Below, one piece after another: positions 50,164-58,696 of a stretch of 64,000 nt of DNA. The notes beneath the pieces are model-generated. The model ran no database searches, was not told where the DNA came from, and saw only the letters and a list, made by a program, of their open reading frames with translations. Both the position numbers and the translations under genes were made by a program. Where the stretch lies: the sequence record MW748999.1. One strand, given 5' to 3'. This DNA comes from Escherichia phage vB_EcoM_Skers. Positions within the stretch are counted from its first letter, which is position 1; each line of letters starts with the position of its first letter.

Positions 50164-50239
50164 GTTTGATTCTCCTAGTTCGTTTCGGTATGTGTGTAGT
50201 ATAGGGGATCGGTGATCCCCTGTCAACAACTTTTTTGAA
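50164..50239 (-). promoter_or_regulatory. PeSL-like early promoter cassette
   Basis: minus-strand TTGACA - GGGGATCACCGATCCCC - TATACT; leader ACACACATACCGAAACGAACTAGGAGAATCAAAC-ATG. Confidence 0.65.
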
Positions 50240-50716
50240 TTATTTTTCTTGATGCTCGCGCTCGTACTTTTCGAAATAAAATTCTACTGGCTGGTCGTGG
50301 ATTGACAGTAAGCCAAAGCGTTTAGCCGCTCGCAATCCCATATTGCGCTGAATGTACTTCTGGAAGTTCTCGCGTATACACTTACGCCAGTATTCTAAGC
50401 CCATACAGCTTTTATAAAGATTGCATTGCACACATGCCGGATTCATGTTATCAAGTATATCATGCTCCGGTTTATGCATTCCTACAACCTTATACTTCCA
50501 CGATCCATCATCATTACGGGCAATTCGTCCATTTTCATCATAGACTACCTTTGAGCGTCGCAATACTGGTTTGATGTGGTCTGCGTGCCAGCGATCCCCT
50601 AGTTCCTCGCCACAATAGGCACAACGTCCACCATATTTCATTTTCAGGATCTGGCGTTGCTCTTTCTTTGACAATTTTTTAGGTTTAGGGGCTTTCGCCC
50701 CTTCATTATCACACAT
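50240..50716 (-). CDS. HNH endonuclease (free-standing, homing-endonuclease-like)
   Basis: 158 aa; HNH core GRCAYCGEEL...WHADHIKPV...NMNPACVQCN (Cys pair, His-x-Asp-His, Asn, Cys pair); start overlaps DNA ligase stop. Confidence 0.75.
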   Translation of the reverse strand: MCDNEGAKAPKPKKLSKKEQRQILKMKYGGRCAYCGEELGDRWHADHIKPVLRRSKVVYDENGRIARNDDGSWKYKVVGMHKPEHDILDNMNPACVQCNLYKSCMGLEYWRKCIRENFQKYIQRNMGLRAAKRFGLLSIHDQPVEFYFEKYEREHQEK

Positions 50717-52208
50717 CGAATACCTCTTTTACTGTATTTGCAGTGGTCTTGTCGTAGCGAATACGTTTGATGATCGGGAGAAATAAAGAGAACTCTGGTT
50801 CATCTTCTTTACGTGATTTGCTGCGGATATACCCGTTGCATGTCATCTCAATGACTTTTCCAATCAGGTTATGACGGTCAGCCCATAACATTTCTCGGTC
50901 AAGTTCATTTCTACGATCGAACGGAATCACACGTTCAATACCATCATCTTTTTCGGTTGTAGTGTCGGTCAATCCCGATCCGGTGTTGGTCATCATTCGT
51001 CCGCACGCACTACGGACAGTAAAACCGCCTACCTTATTAGGATCTTTACTATGCGGATATACATCAACAATTTCCGCGTCGAAGTCAATCACTTCTTTAA
51101 ATTTAACCTGATCTTTACTACGGCGATCTTCAAATACACCATGTAAATTTTTAAGGATAATACCTTCTAAGCCCATGTTTACATAGCGATGATATACTTC
51201 GCGAGCTTCATCTATATTGTTAACTACAGTGTTTTCGATTATCTGAACACGAGGATCGTTAAGTTCTTCAACAATCTGTTTTAGTTCTTCGAATCGATCT
51301 TTATATTGCTTCGTTGCTTTCTCGTTTCCGTAATACACATCACGGTCGATAACATCCCAGACAGTGTAAACAATACATTGGGCTTCTTCTTTTGGAATAG
51401 TTCCTTTCAGTGATTTGTTGAGGATACCATTTCCGGTCTGACGATCTGCAACAACGGATTCTTTTACTGCTTCCGCTACTGGCGTTAATGGCATTTCCTC
51501 TTCTTCAAATATCCATGACAGAGTACCATCATAAACGCTTTCAACGAAGTTCTGCGCTGGTGTTTGCGAAAGGGTAGGCATATATACCAATTCCCCATCT
51601 AGAACAATTCCACGGCCTCGTAGACGCTCTAAAACAGCAAACAAATCATCCAGCCCCTGATAGGTATTACCTGAACGGGTATAGATTGCTAATGTTTCCC
51701 CGTCAATATCAGCCATCCCACGAGCGCCATCGCTTTTAAGTTGTGCATACGCCGGATACTTGATATTAGCAATAGTCTTATCAGAACATGACGATGCAAG
51801 GTGGCACGGTTGCTGAGGGATCAGTTTCTTCCATACCTTGTTTGCAGTGGTAGCGGAACAACCGCATTCCAGATCACGATTCAGGACCATCATTGCAACT
51901 TTAGCATCATCTTCTGACAAGCAAGTCAGAGTATCGGTAACTAGCTGTAATGCTGCATTACCAGTTACTTGACGCGTGGCAAGTTTATTTTTAAAGACCT
52001 GTAATGCACCGGATAAAGACAATACAGACGAATAACGCGATGGTTTATCGTATTTCTTTACGCCAAACGTAACCTGTTTGCAATATGCCAGATAAAAACA
52101 TTCTTTCAGTGTTTCATTGCTTGCAGATTCTTTCAGGATCTTTTCTTTCAGCGATGTTTTGTCTGTTGCTGCAAGCTGGTTAATGATATTAAGAATTGAC
52201 ATTTTCAC
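50709..52208 (-). CDS. 30: gp30 ATP-dependent DNA ligase
   Basis: 499 aa (T4 ligase 487 aa); motif I lysine in AQLKSDGARG (KxDG); located after alt region as in T4. Confidence 0.9.
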   Translation of the reverse strand: MKMSILNIINQLAATDKTSLKEKILKESASNETLKECFYLAYCKQVTFGVKKYDKPSRYSSVLSLSGALQVFKNKLATRQVTGNAALQLVTDTLTCLSEDDAKVAMMVLNRDLECGCSATTANKVWKKLIPQQPCHLASSCSDKTIANIKYPAYAQLKSDGARGMADIDGETLAIYTRSGNTYQGLDDLFAVLERLRGRGIVLDGELVYMPTLSQTPAQNFVESVYDGTLSWIFEEEEMPLTPVAEAVKESVVADRQTGNGILNKSLKGTIPKEEAQCIVYTVWDVIDRDVYYGNEKATKQYKDRFEELKQIVEELNDPRVQIIENTVVNNIDEAREVYHRYVNMGLEGIILKNLHGVFEDRRSKDQVKFKEVIDFDAEIVDVYPHSKDPNKVGGFTVRSACGRMMTNTGSGLTDTTTEKDDGIERVIPFDRRNELDREMLWADRHNLIGKVIEMTCNGYIRSKSRKEDEPEFSLFLPIIKRIRYDKTTANTVKEVFDV

Positions 52209-52668
52209 CTCGTTTTGTTAAACGTTCACGAATATCATTGAGGATACTACAAAATTCCGATTCAGTCAATATAGTCTTTAACGGATCAGTTCCACCTATG
52301 CTATGTCGCAATTTCTTATTTCCGGTCGCGAGTAATGCTTTACAAAATTCTGGGTTATTCCGTGCCATCGTAACAAATGCCAGATGTACCAGTCTGTAAT
52401 AATGCTCACTCATTCGATGAATCGGGCGACCCTGAAAATATAACATGTGATTCTCAATCTTTTCAGTTCTTCCGGTTCTTTTTGCTTTGCCACCGTGCAT
52501 CAAAAAGATTTCTCTTTGTCTCTGAGGGTTCTTAAATCTTAGCCCCTGTAAAAATCCTTCTGTGCTGTTAATATCGCAACCAAATAGACGGAATGGTCTT
52601 TTATTGAAATTACTCAATTCACCCGATGGATAAGGTCCACCCGCATAGATATCAATTTCAGAAGTCAT
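52189..52668 (-). CDS. NADAR (YbiA/DUF1768) domain protein
   Basis: 159 aa; patterns ELSNF...PF, NSTEGFLQGLRF and KALLATG parallel E. coli YbiA segments (DFSNF, PTSEHYFQAQKF, ALLLAT) as remembered. Confidence 0.6.
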   Translation of the reverse strand: MTSEIDIYAGGPYPSGELSNFNKRPFRLFGCDINSTEGFLQGLRFKNPQRQREIFLMHGGKAKRTGRTEKIENHMLYFQGRPIHRMSEHYYRLVHLAFVTMARNNPEFCKALLATGNKKLRHSIGGTDPLKTILTESEFCSILNDIRERLTKRGENVNS

Positions 52669-52822
52669 TGAAACTAATCTCGCTAATCAGAGAGAACGGA
52701 TCATAATCGTCATTAGGAATATCGATAGTAATCGAATGAGGATTTACCCATACACCAAACTGGTCTTCTTCGGTGAATACTTCGGTATGGATTTCGTGGA
52801 TGTTTACATTCATAGTTTTCAT
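52658..52822 (-). CDS. hypothetical small acidic protein (about 54 aa)
   Basis: hand-translated (MKTMNVNIHEIHTEVFTEEDQFGVWVNPHS...); SD AAGGAA upstream; 3' end overlaps NADAR gene start; below track cutoff. Confidence 0.3.
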   Translation of the reverse strand: MKTMNVNIHEIHTEVFTEEDQFGVWVNPHSITIDIPNDDYDPFSLISEISFNDF

Positions 52823-52861
52823 AATAAAATTCCTTAATAATCAATAACTTACAAAATCATA

Positions 52862-52893
52862 TAGCCAAAATATAGGCGGGATTATTTCCCGCC
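52862..52893 (-). terminator. rho-independent terminator after gene 31
   Basis: minus-strand GGCGGGAAATAATCCCGCC followed by TATATTTTGG. Confidence 0.6.
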
Positions 52894-52904
52894 GTTTAAA
52901 ATCA

Positions 52905-53228
52905 TTAACCGTAAACTACCACAATATTCTGTTTGTGCGTTACAGTCCATTTCAGGTCGATCTCTTCTTCCTTCTTAACGCCGTTAATAACGTCTGGATG
53001 AGGAACTTTATTCATCTTTCCATGTGGCAGTAGAACAGTTTTACCCAGCAATTCTTTATCTACCGTTTCACCAATATCAATAATCTTACCTACCAGCGGA
53101 ATCTCGCCCATAGTGCGCTTTTGCTCAATAATGATCCCCATAGAGCTTTTTACTTCGGTCCCTGCGCTTTCTGCTTTAGCTTCGATAATTACATAATCAC
53201 CAAGTGCTTTAGGAGTTTTAACGGTCAT
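52905..53228 (-). CDS. 31: gp31 head assembly co-chaperonin (GroES-like)
   Basis: 107 aa (T4 gp31 111 aa); GroES-like pattern (YVIIEAKAESAG, KVPHPDV parallel to T4 NVPHPFV). Confidence 0.75.
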   Translation of the reverse strand: MTVKTPKALGDYVIIEAKAESAGTEVKSSMGIIIEQKRTMGEIPLVGKIIDIGETVDKELLGKTVLLPHGKMNKVPHPDVINGVKKEEEIDLKWTVTHKQNIVVVYG

Positions 53229-53270
53229 AATTTTTATTACCTCTTCAAATCAATACAGTTTAATGATGAA

Positions 53271-53591
53271 TTATTTATAAATTTCGACGATCTGCGCTGG
53301 AGTCAGCCCGTCTACATTAATCAGACTATCAAGCCCAAAACTACGGAAACCTTCAACTGCAATTTCATATACTGGCAAAGATGTTTCTGATTCTTTACGC
53401 GGTTTTTCAACATTAGGAACTAACCACTTTTCGTATGTTTCAAACGGCATCAGTGCCGGATCTCGCGTGGCGAACATCTCACGGACAGTACCATCTTTCT
53501 TAGTAAACTGTAAAGAGTGAGTACCTACAGCAAGCATTTTCTTTAGTGCTTCACGAAGTGCGATATTATCAATTTGTTCAGTCATTATCAA
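53271..53591 (-). CDS. hypothetical protein (106 aa)
   Basis: ORF track; overlaps cd stop; no family recognised. Confidence 0.5.
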   Translation of the reverse strand: MIMTEQIDNIALREALKKMLAVGTHSLQFTKKDGTVREMFATRDPALMPFETYEKWLVPNVEKPRKESETSLPVYEIAVEGFRSFGLDSLINVDGLTPAQIVEIYK

Positions 53592-54084
53592 TACCCTTCA
53601 AATCAGTCAATAATGCTTTTGGAATACGCGTAACCGTAATGTCGGCTTTATCCAAAATATCAGCCCAATCACGCCCACCATTTCGGTCGTATGTATCGCA
53701 ATAGTATAGATGTTTAATACCACTGTTTGCAATTGCTTTAGCGCAATCTGGACACGGTGAAGCAGTACACCACATACTAGCGCCTTCAATCGATACACCG
53801 CTACGGGCAGCAAACAAAATAGCATTTAATTCAGCGTGGATCTCGTTTTTCTGTGACCATGCACTATGTTCTGGTCGTTTTTCTGGGATCATTTTACCGT
53901 CACCATCCAGCCAACCGCTTTTATGTGCATGACAGCTACAATTTACTTGCCCTGCTGGAGTGCCATTAAATCCAGTAGAAATGATTCGCCCGTCTTTTTC
54001 AATTAGTGCGCCTACCTTCCACGAAACACATTTAGAGTTCTTTGCGATTAGATAGGCGATCTGCATGTAAGTTTGTGACAACAT
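53578..54084 (-). CDS. cd: dCMP deaminase
   Basis: 168 aa; cytidine/deoxycytidylate deaminase zinc motifs HAELNAI and PCPDCAKAI. Confidence 0.9.
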   Translation of the reverse strand: MLSQTYMQIAYLIAKNSKCVSWKVGALIEKDGRIISTGFNGTPAGQVNCSCHAHKSGWLDGDGKMIPEKRPEHSAWSQKNEIHAELNAILFAARSGVSIEGASMWCTASPCPDCAKAIANSGIKHLYYCDTYDRNGGRDWADILDKADITVTRIPKALLTDLKGIDND

Positions 54085-54105
54085 AATATAATCCTCACAT
54101 ATTAA

Positions 54106-54309
54106 TTAACCGTATACGCGAAAGTATTCTACTGATCCGTCGCTATATTGTTTTACATTGAATGTATTCACGCCATGATCATTGCTCATAATGACATACA
54201 CACTGCGACGCTCATCACTAAACGGGTTAACTGGTGCTGGTTCAATTTCAACATTAAAACCACGTTTAGCAAGTGCTTCGCCTAATTGCTTGAGTTTATC
54301 GGTAAACAT
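54106..54309 (-). CDS. hypothetical small protein (67 aa)
   Basis: ORF track; between cd and pseT. Confidence 0.45.
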   Translation of the reverse strand: MFTDKLKQLGEALAKRGFNVEIEPAPVNPFSDERRSVYVIMSNDHGVNTFNVKQYSDGSVEYFRVYG

Positions 54310-55187
54310 TAAAAGTCTCCGTAGTTAACCTGAAAACATTCTACACCAATTGAGCGGTACATGTCAACCACTTGATCACGGTCATCTACTGCCAAAACAA
54401 CATGATATCGCGGTGCAATTTCAGAGAAGAAAATCTCTTTCTTTACTTCATGATCAGGACGACGATCATTAGTTTCACGTTGAAAGTGATCACTAGGTTC
54501 AATACCCTGTTCACGCAACCATTGCAGAGTATCTTCTTCGCAAACATCCTCACGCCCTGAGCATGTAATGATACGATAGCCATTATCACGATACAGTTTA
54601 AGCATTTCGACCACTTGCTGACGTGGTTTATCTTCTTTGACCTTTGTCCAGTCAAACGGATGACGACCGCCCTTATCCGCTAATGTTCCATCAATATCAA
54701 AGATCACTGCCTTTGGCAGCATAGTATTCGGTTTGTATACTTCTTGACCCATATATTCCTGCATCAGATAAAATTGGTTACGCAAATGAGAAAGTGGAAT
54801 TGCTTTCTCGCCGCGATAGAAATTACGTTTCTTTAGTGTCTCAAACGGTTCATTGAACACTTGTTCAGTATACACCGCGTTAAATTCTTTTGCAAGTTCT
54901 TTGTAGAATACACGATGTTTTTCTTTCAGGTTGGTATCAGAGATAATGATACTCAATCCGCGTGATAGAGTCTCGCGAGCAATCATTCTCTGAATAGACT
55001 CTACCAGCTTTTCCTTTTCCTTAGTATATTTGTATTTCAAAAGTGAGTCAACACCAAACAACATAAGACGAAGGTCATCACGATTCACATTACGATAATT
55101 ACTAAACCTTTTACATGTTTCCATAGCCCATGTAGTTTTACCGGACCCAGAACAACCAACGGTTAAAATCACTTCACATTTCGGCAT
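54309..55187 (-). CDS. pseT: polynucleotide 5'-kinase / 3'-phosphatase
   Basis: track ORF 54309..55208; start at internal Met (MPKCEVIL) with GAAGGAG SD; kinase P-loop GCSGSGKTT and HAD phosphatase motif VIFDIDGTLADKG. Confidence 0.9.
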   Translation of the reverse strand: MPKCEVILTVGCSGSGKTTWAMETCKRFSNYRNVNRDDLRLMLFGVDSLLKYKYTKEKEKLVESIQRMIARETLSRGLSIIISDTNLKEKHRVFYKELAKEFNAVYTEQVFNEPFETLKKRNFYRGEKAIPLSHLRNQFYLMQEYMGQEVYKPNTMLPKAVIFDIDGTLADKGGRHPFDWTKVKEDKPRQQVVEMLKLYRDNGYRIITCSGREDVCEEDTLQWLREQGIEPSDHFQRETNDRRPDHEVKKEIFFSEIAPRYHVVLAVDDRDQVVDMYRSIGVECFQVNYGDF

Positions 55188-55639
55188 TATTTCTCCTTCG
55201 GTTTGCACCGTTCCTCATTAAGTTCTTTTCGATAATAACACATGATCAACTTACTTTCAAGTGTATATCTCTTAATATCCGCAAGCCAGACTCTGAATTT
55301 TTGGGAGTCCTCCCACGACATAGAAACTCTAGGTTTACCGTCTATTGTATCCACTTTCAGGTCAATGTCAACTTTTTCTATTGGTGCTGGTAGTGGAGGA
55401 TGTAATTTCGGTTCCTGTGAATAATGGTCCATTGTACACGAAGAAAGAGCAAATACAATAGGTACAGCGCAGACATGGATTATGGCGGTCTGAAAATTCT
55501 TATGTGCTTTCTTAAACATCCAGTGTATCACGAAAATTGAAAACACCATCAGGATAATAATGCTTGCACCTATCCCCAGATAATCAACAAGATTAAAATT
55601 GTTTATCTGCTCTTGCGTAGACAATATTTCTATGCTCAT
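55187..55639 (-). CDS. hypothetical membrane protein (150 aa)
   Basis: TM segment LGIGASIIILMVFSIFVIHWMF; second hydrophobic segment ending in Cys. Confidence 0.5.
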   Translation of the reverse strand: MSIEILSTQEQINNFNLVDYLGIGASIIILMVFSIFVIHWMFKKAHKNFQTAIIHVCAVPIVFALSSCTMDHYSQEPKLHPPLPAPIEKVDIDLKVDTIDGKPRVSMSWEDSQKFRVWLADIKRYTLESKLIMCYYRKELNEERCKPKEK

Positions 55640-55959
55640 TTAGTCGCCTCCTTTAATTCTTCGGTAAACTCCTTAAATGAATCATTAAGCTGTTTCTCTA
55701 CCAACTTGGGTTTTTGTGCTACTACATAGCCTCGTGTAGCGTCTTTCATTGCTTTGTTTTGTTCTTCTGCAAACTTAGTTCTTATTCCGTACATCTCCTT
55801 TTGTAGTGAGTCTACGACCTTCATCTTTTCATCTGTCTTTTTCTTATATTCTGTAAATTCCTGATTCAGTCGATCTACCTCTTTTTTATTTTCCCACCAC
55901 ATATTGCCACCCACCCCCAGCAATACAGATATGATAACAATGTATATCAGCTTTGACAT
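55636..55959 (-). CDS. hypothetical membrane-anchored coiled-coil protein (about 107 aa)
   Basis: track ORF 55636..56010; start at internal Met (MSKLIYIVIISVLL) preceded by GGGGGTAAT SD and located after the rnlA terminator. Confidence 0.5.
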   Translation of the reverse strand: MSKLIYIVIISVLLGVGGNMWWENKKEVDRLNQEFTEYKKKTDEKMKVVDSLQKEMYGIRTKFAEEQNKAMKDATRGYVVAQKPKLVEKQLNDSFKEFTEELKEATK

Positions 55960-55969
55960 ATTACCCCCA

Positions 55970-55997
55970 ACGACAAAAGGCGGGGAACTAGCCCCGC
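55970..55997 (-). terminator. rho-independent terminator after rnlA
   Basis: minus-strand GCGGGG-CTAGTT-CCCCGC followed by CTTTTGTCG. Confidence 0.6.
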
Positions 55998-56003
55998 TTA
56001 TTA

Positions 56004-57173
56004 TTACCAATCAATCTTATCAGCCGGAATAAGTTTCTTATAATTCCGTAGATAGTAAGTTTTCATTGAATCCATAATACGGTCATAATCAAGACCATCA
56101 AATGCAATCATCAGACACATGAAAATATATGCTTGTGCATCACCGTGTTTACGTGATTCGATAGTCGCATTTGATGCATATGTCTTTCTGTCTTCTCCCG
56201 CGTGTGCGTTATAAAATTCTGTTGCTGTCGTGAAGGCATTGCGAAGAATAGACCTGAATGCTTCCTCGAATAGCTCGATTCGTTCCATTGCTTCCGGTTC
56301 GCCTTCATATGCAGCACGCAAATCATCGGTTTCGCTTTCTACGACATAGTAGATCAGGTTATTAGGAAACATCGATGTGTTTTTAATGTTGTGCACACCA
56401 ATATACCATTCACTCTTCACTTTGAACATTTGACCGTCTTTAGTGCGGGCAACAATTCCTTCGATACCTTCTGCGATCCTAACTTCATCAAGAATATTGC
56501 TAAAACGCGCTGAATCAACCTGTAACGCATTTACCAGATGAGGACGTAGGATTGCGTCAGCAAATAGCATTTGATGCGGTACGTACTCTCCTGTGACGTT
56601 ATGGCGTACATTCAGAAGTGTTAGCGACGGTTCAGAATATTCTACAACAATTCGGTTGCTGGGTGCTGTATATTCAAAGTTGAAAGTATAATCAGACCCA
56701 ATATCAGCAATCTTAGCGCGTAGATCCGCATACTTCTCTGAATACAGAAGACCGTTTGCTCTCTCTGCCTGGCTTGAGTACAAGGCCGCTTTAGACTTCA
56801 ACTGAACATAGCCGTTATCAATGTATGTGCTTACTAGACTACCGTCCATTTTGTCCATGACCATTTCCACATCTTCCGGCTTAAAGCGAGCGCGATCATT
56901 CTCGCCCAAATTAAAAAACTTCTCCATAGGACGAGATGCGATGCGGACCGGACGACCTTTATCGTCAATTTCAAACATGATCCCGCGACACTCTAACGCA
57001 TCTGGTTTATTCCACATTTCCGGTTTGCTCAAGTACAGATAGCTAAAAATGCGCATACGGGTTTGCATCGCCGTAATTTCATCTTTGTAATAGAACGTAT
57101 CAGATCCGTCACATAGTGCCATCAGATTTTTGAACAATGCTAAAACTTTTTTGTTGTTTTCTTTTGTTGACAT
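56004..57173 (-). CDS. rnlA: RNA ligase 1
   Basis: 389 aa (T4 Rnl1 374 aa); long similarity to T4 Rnl1 as remembered (LFKNLMALC, PDALECRGIMFE, PVRIASRPMEKFFNL, KMDGSLVSTY, ILLNVR.N.TGEY, IEGIVA..KDG..FK.KS.WY, GEDRKTYA, FLKNYKK). Confidence 0.9.
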   Translation of the reverse strand: MSTKENNKKVLALFKNLMALCDGSDTFYYKDEITAMQTRMRIFSYLYLSKPEMWNKPDALECRGIMFEIDDKGRPVRIASRPMEKFFNLGENDRARFKPEDVEMVMDKMDGSLVSTYIDNGYVQLKSKAALYSSQAERANGLLYSEKYADLRAKIADIGSDYTFNFEYTAPSNRIVVEYSEPSLTLLNVRHNVTGEYVPHQMLFADAILRPHLVNALQVDSARFSNILDEVRIAEGIEGIVARTKDGQMFKVKSEWYIGVHNIKNTSMFPNNLIYYVVESETDDLRAAYEGEPEAMERIELFEEAFRSILRNAFTTATEFYNAHAGEDRKTYASNATIESRKHGDAQAYIFMCLMIAFDGLDYDRIMDSMKTYYLRNYKKLIPADKIDW

Positions 57174-57570
57174 AATTTGTGTTCCATTCTGGTTTAAATT
57201 TGGTGATCAAAACAGGTTCTTCGATATCGGCAGTGCTTATAATATCTTTACCCGTTGGATTCTCAATATATAACTCAAAGCACTGGCGGTAATAGAATGT
57301 TACTGTCTTCCCTTCCTCTAGCGCCTTATGAATATTCTTACTCTTGCGAGTATCCGCCGTTGGTGTCTGTCTGTTAATGCTAGTCCGGTAATAATTGATC
57401 CGCTTTCTGAGATTAACAGTCTGACCAATATATACCAGTTCATCATCAACCACAATAGCGTAAAGAACATTTAAACGGTTCTTCTGAGGCGGTAGAATCA
57501 CATCACCATCTTTACACTCTAAACATGAATATTTAACGAATCCATAGTTTTCTATTAGCTCATTAATCAT
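57109..57570 (-). CDS. denA: endonuclease II (GIY-YIG family)
   Basis: 153 aa; GIY-YIG core VLYAIVVDDELVYIGQTVNLRKRINYYRTS matches T4 EndoII as remembered; 3' end overlaps rnlA start by about 65 nt. Confidence 0.75.
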   Translation of the reverse strand: MINELIENYGFVKYSCLECKDGDVILPPQKNRLNVLYAIVVDDELVYIGQTVNLRKRINYYRTSINRQTPTADTRKSKNIHKALEEGKTVTFYYRQCFELYIENPTGKDIISTADIEEPVLITKFKPEWNTNYVNKRKQQKSFSIVQKSDGTM

Positions 57571-57589
57571 TATCCTTTCCTCACGTCAC

Positions 57590-57613
57590 AACAAAGGCGG
57601 GATTTCTCCCGCC
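57590..57613 (-). terminator. rho-independent terminator upstream of denA
   Basis: minus-strand GGCGGGAGAAATCCCGCC followed by TTTGTTGTG. Confidence 0.6.
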
Positions 57614-57620
57614 CACCTTA

Positions 57621-58019
57621 TTAACTTTCCAGAATATCGCGAGCTTCGTTACGCTCCTTGATGATTTTCAGGACAAATTCCAGTTTTTCTTTGTTCAGTG
57701 TTCCGTTTTCCATTGCTTCTTTGACGGTAAACACTCCGCCACCTTGCCCGTATACAGTGACAGTGATTTCACCTAACATCGTGGTATGAAAACCGCCAAT
57801 TTTCGGTGATTCGAAAGAAACAATTACCTCGCGGACATTATTACCGTCGTTGATTTCTGAGAGGGTAATGTCGTTTTTGTAGGCGGTTGCTTTAACCATA
57901 CGGATCAGCATAGTCTGATCTGGGGAGATGGTCATTTTGTCCATTGCATGTTGCAATGCAGCGTAACCGAAAACTTTAACGAAGTCCAGAACGTCTTTGC
58001 GAGTTTGAAATTTAATCAT
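57621..58019 (-). CDS. hypothetical protein (132 aa)
   Basis: ORF track; PeSL cassette immediately upstream. Confidence 0.5.
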   Translation of the reverse strand: MIKFQTRKDVLDFVKVFGYAALQHAMDKMTISPDQTMLIRMVKATAYKNDITLSEINDGNNVREVIVSFESPKIGGFHTTMLGEITVTVYGQGGGVFTVKEAMENGTLNKEKLEFVLKIIKERNEARDILES

Positions 58020-58089
58020 CTTGATACTCCTTAGTAAGTTAGTTTCGTTTCGATGGGGGTATATTACTACCCCCGTTTCATGCTGTCAA
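58020..58089 (-). promoter_or_regulatory. PeSL-like early promoter cassette
   Basis: minus-strand TTGACA - 17 nt - TAATAT with hairpin GGGGGTAGTAATATACCCCC over -10; leader ...AACTTACTAAGGAGTATCAAG-ATG. Confidence 0.6.
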
Positions 58090-58308
58090 CTACTTTTTAA
58101 TGACAAGTTCGAATTTTGCTACCTTGCGTCCTCGTTTATTGAAAGCAACCCACGGACGGTTTTCAATGTAGAACAATTCTTCACCAATAATGAATACTGG
58201 CTGATTGTAAAGGCGACCCATCAGGTCACGCTGGCGAATGGTAGTAGATTCGTATACTTCTCCTACTACAAAGTGTTTGCTGATAGAGTCGGTGCAAGTA
58301 AATTTCAT
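58090..58308 (-). CDS. hypothetical small protein (72 aa)
   Basis: ORF track; shares FVVGEVYE segment with the ORF at 60713..60880 (FVVGDVYEA); PeSL upstream. Confidence 0.5.
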   Translation of the reverse strand: MKFTCTDSISKHFVVGEVYESTTIRQRDLMGRLYNQPVFIIGEELFYIENRPWVAFNKRGRKVAKFELVIKK

Positions 58309-58377
58309 TTTGATTCTCCTTTGTTTCGTTTCGATGGGGGTATATTACTACCCCCGTTATTCAGTGTCAACTACTTT
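58309..58377 (-). promoter_or_regulatory. PeSL-like early promoter cassette
   Basis: minus-strand TTGACA - spacer - TAATAT with hairpin GGGGGTAGTAATATACCCCC; leader ...CGAAACAAAGGAGAATCAAA-ATG. Confidence 0.6.
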
Positions 58378-58596
58378 TTACTTGTTGTATTCATTCCACC
58401 ATTGAGTGAGCTTATCAATTATTTTTGTGTTTCTATCCAACTTATCCCACCGTTTTCGAGGGTTTATCAACCGGAATAGGTAAGGTGTACTTGTTAAGTG
58501 GACTCGGTCAATATAGTGATTGATGTACTGTTTTTCGATTCTAAGTTTCATCTTTTTACGATGAAAATATGCAATGACTTGTTCTTCTGTTTCCAT
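58378..58596 (-). CDS. hypothetical small basic protein (72 aa)
   Basis: ORF track; PeSL-like promoter upstream. Confidence 0.5.
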   Translation of the reverse strand: METEEQVIAYFHRKKMKLRIEKQYINHYIDRVHLTSTPYLFRLINPRKRWDKLDRNTKIIDKLTQWWNEYNK

Positions 58597-58659
58597 ATGT
58601 TCCTCCGTTTCGATGTGCGTATTATGCTATGGCAAGATCCGATTATCAACACCCAATAA
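58597..58659 (-). promoter_or_regulatory. sigma70 early promoter (PeSL-like, no strong hairpin)
   Basis: minus-strand TTGATA - 17 nt - CATAAT; leader CGCACATCGAAACGGAGGAACAT-ATG. Confidence 0.55.
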
Positions 58660-58684
58660 CAAAAAAGTCGCCACTATGGGCGAC
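58660..58684 (-). terminator. rho-independent terminator after the HAD-like gene
   Basis: minus-strand GTCGCC-CATAGT-GGCGAC followed by TTTTTTGTT. Confidence 0.7.
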
Positions 58685-58696
58685 TTTGAACAAACA

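Noticed and set aside
43129-50239. Possible CRISPR array suggested by the repeated ~70-bp elements
   Set aside because: Repeats are spaced by whole genes of variable length, contain promoter hexamers and ribosome-binding sites, and are imperfect; this is the PeSL-type promoter cassette pattern, not a CRISPR repeat-spacer array.
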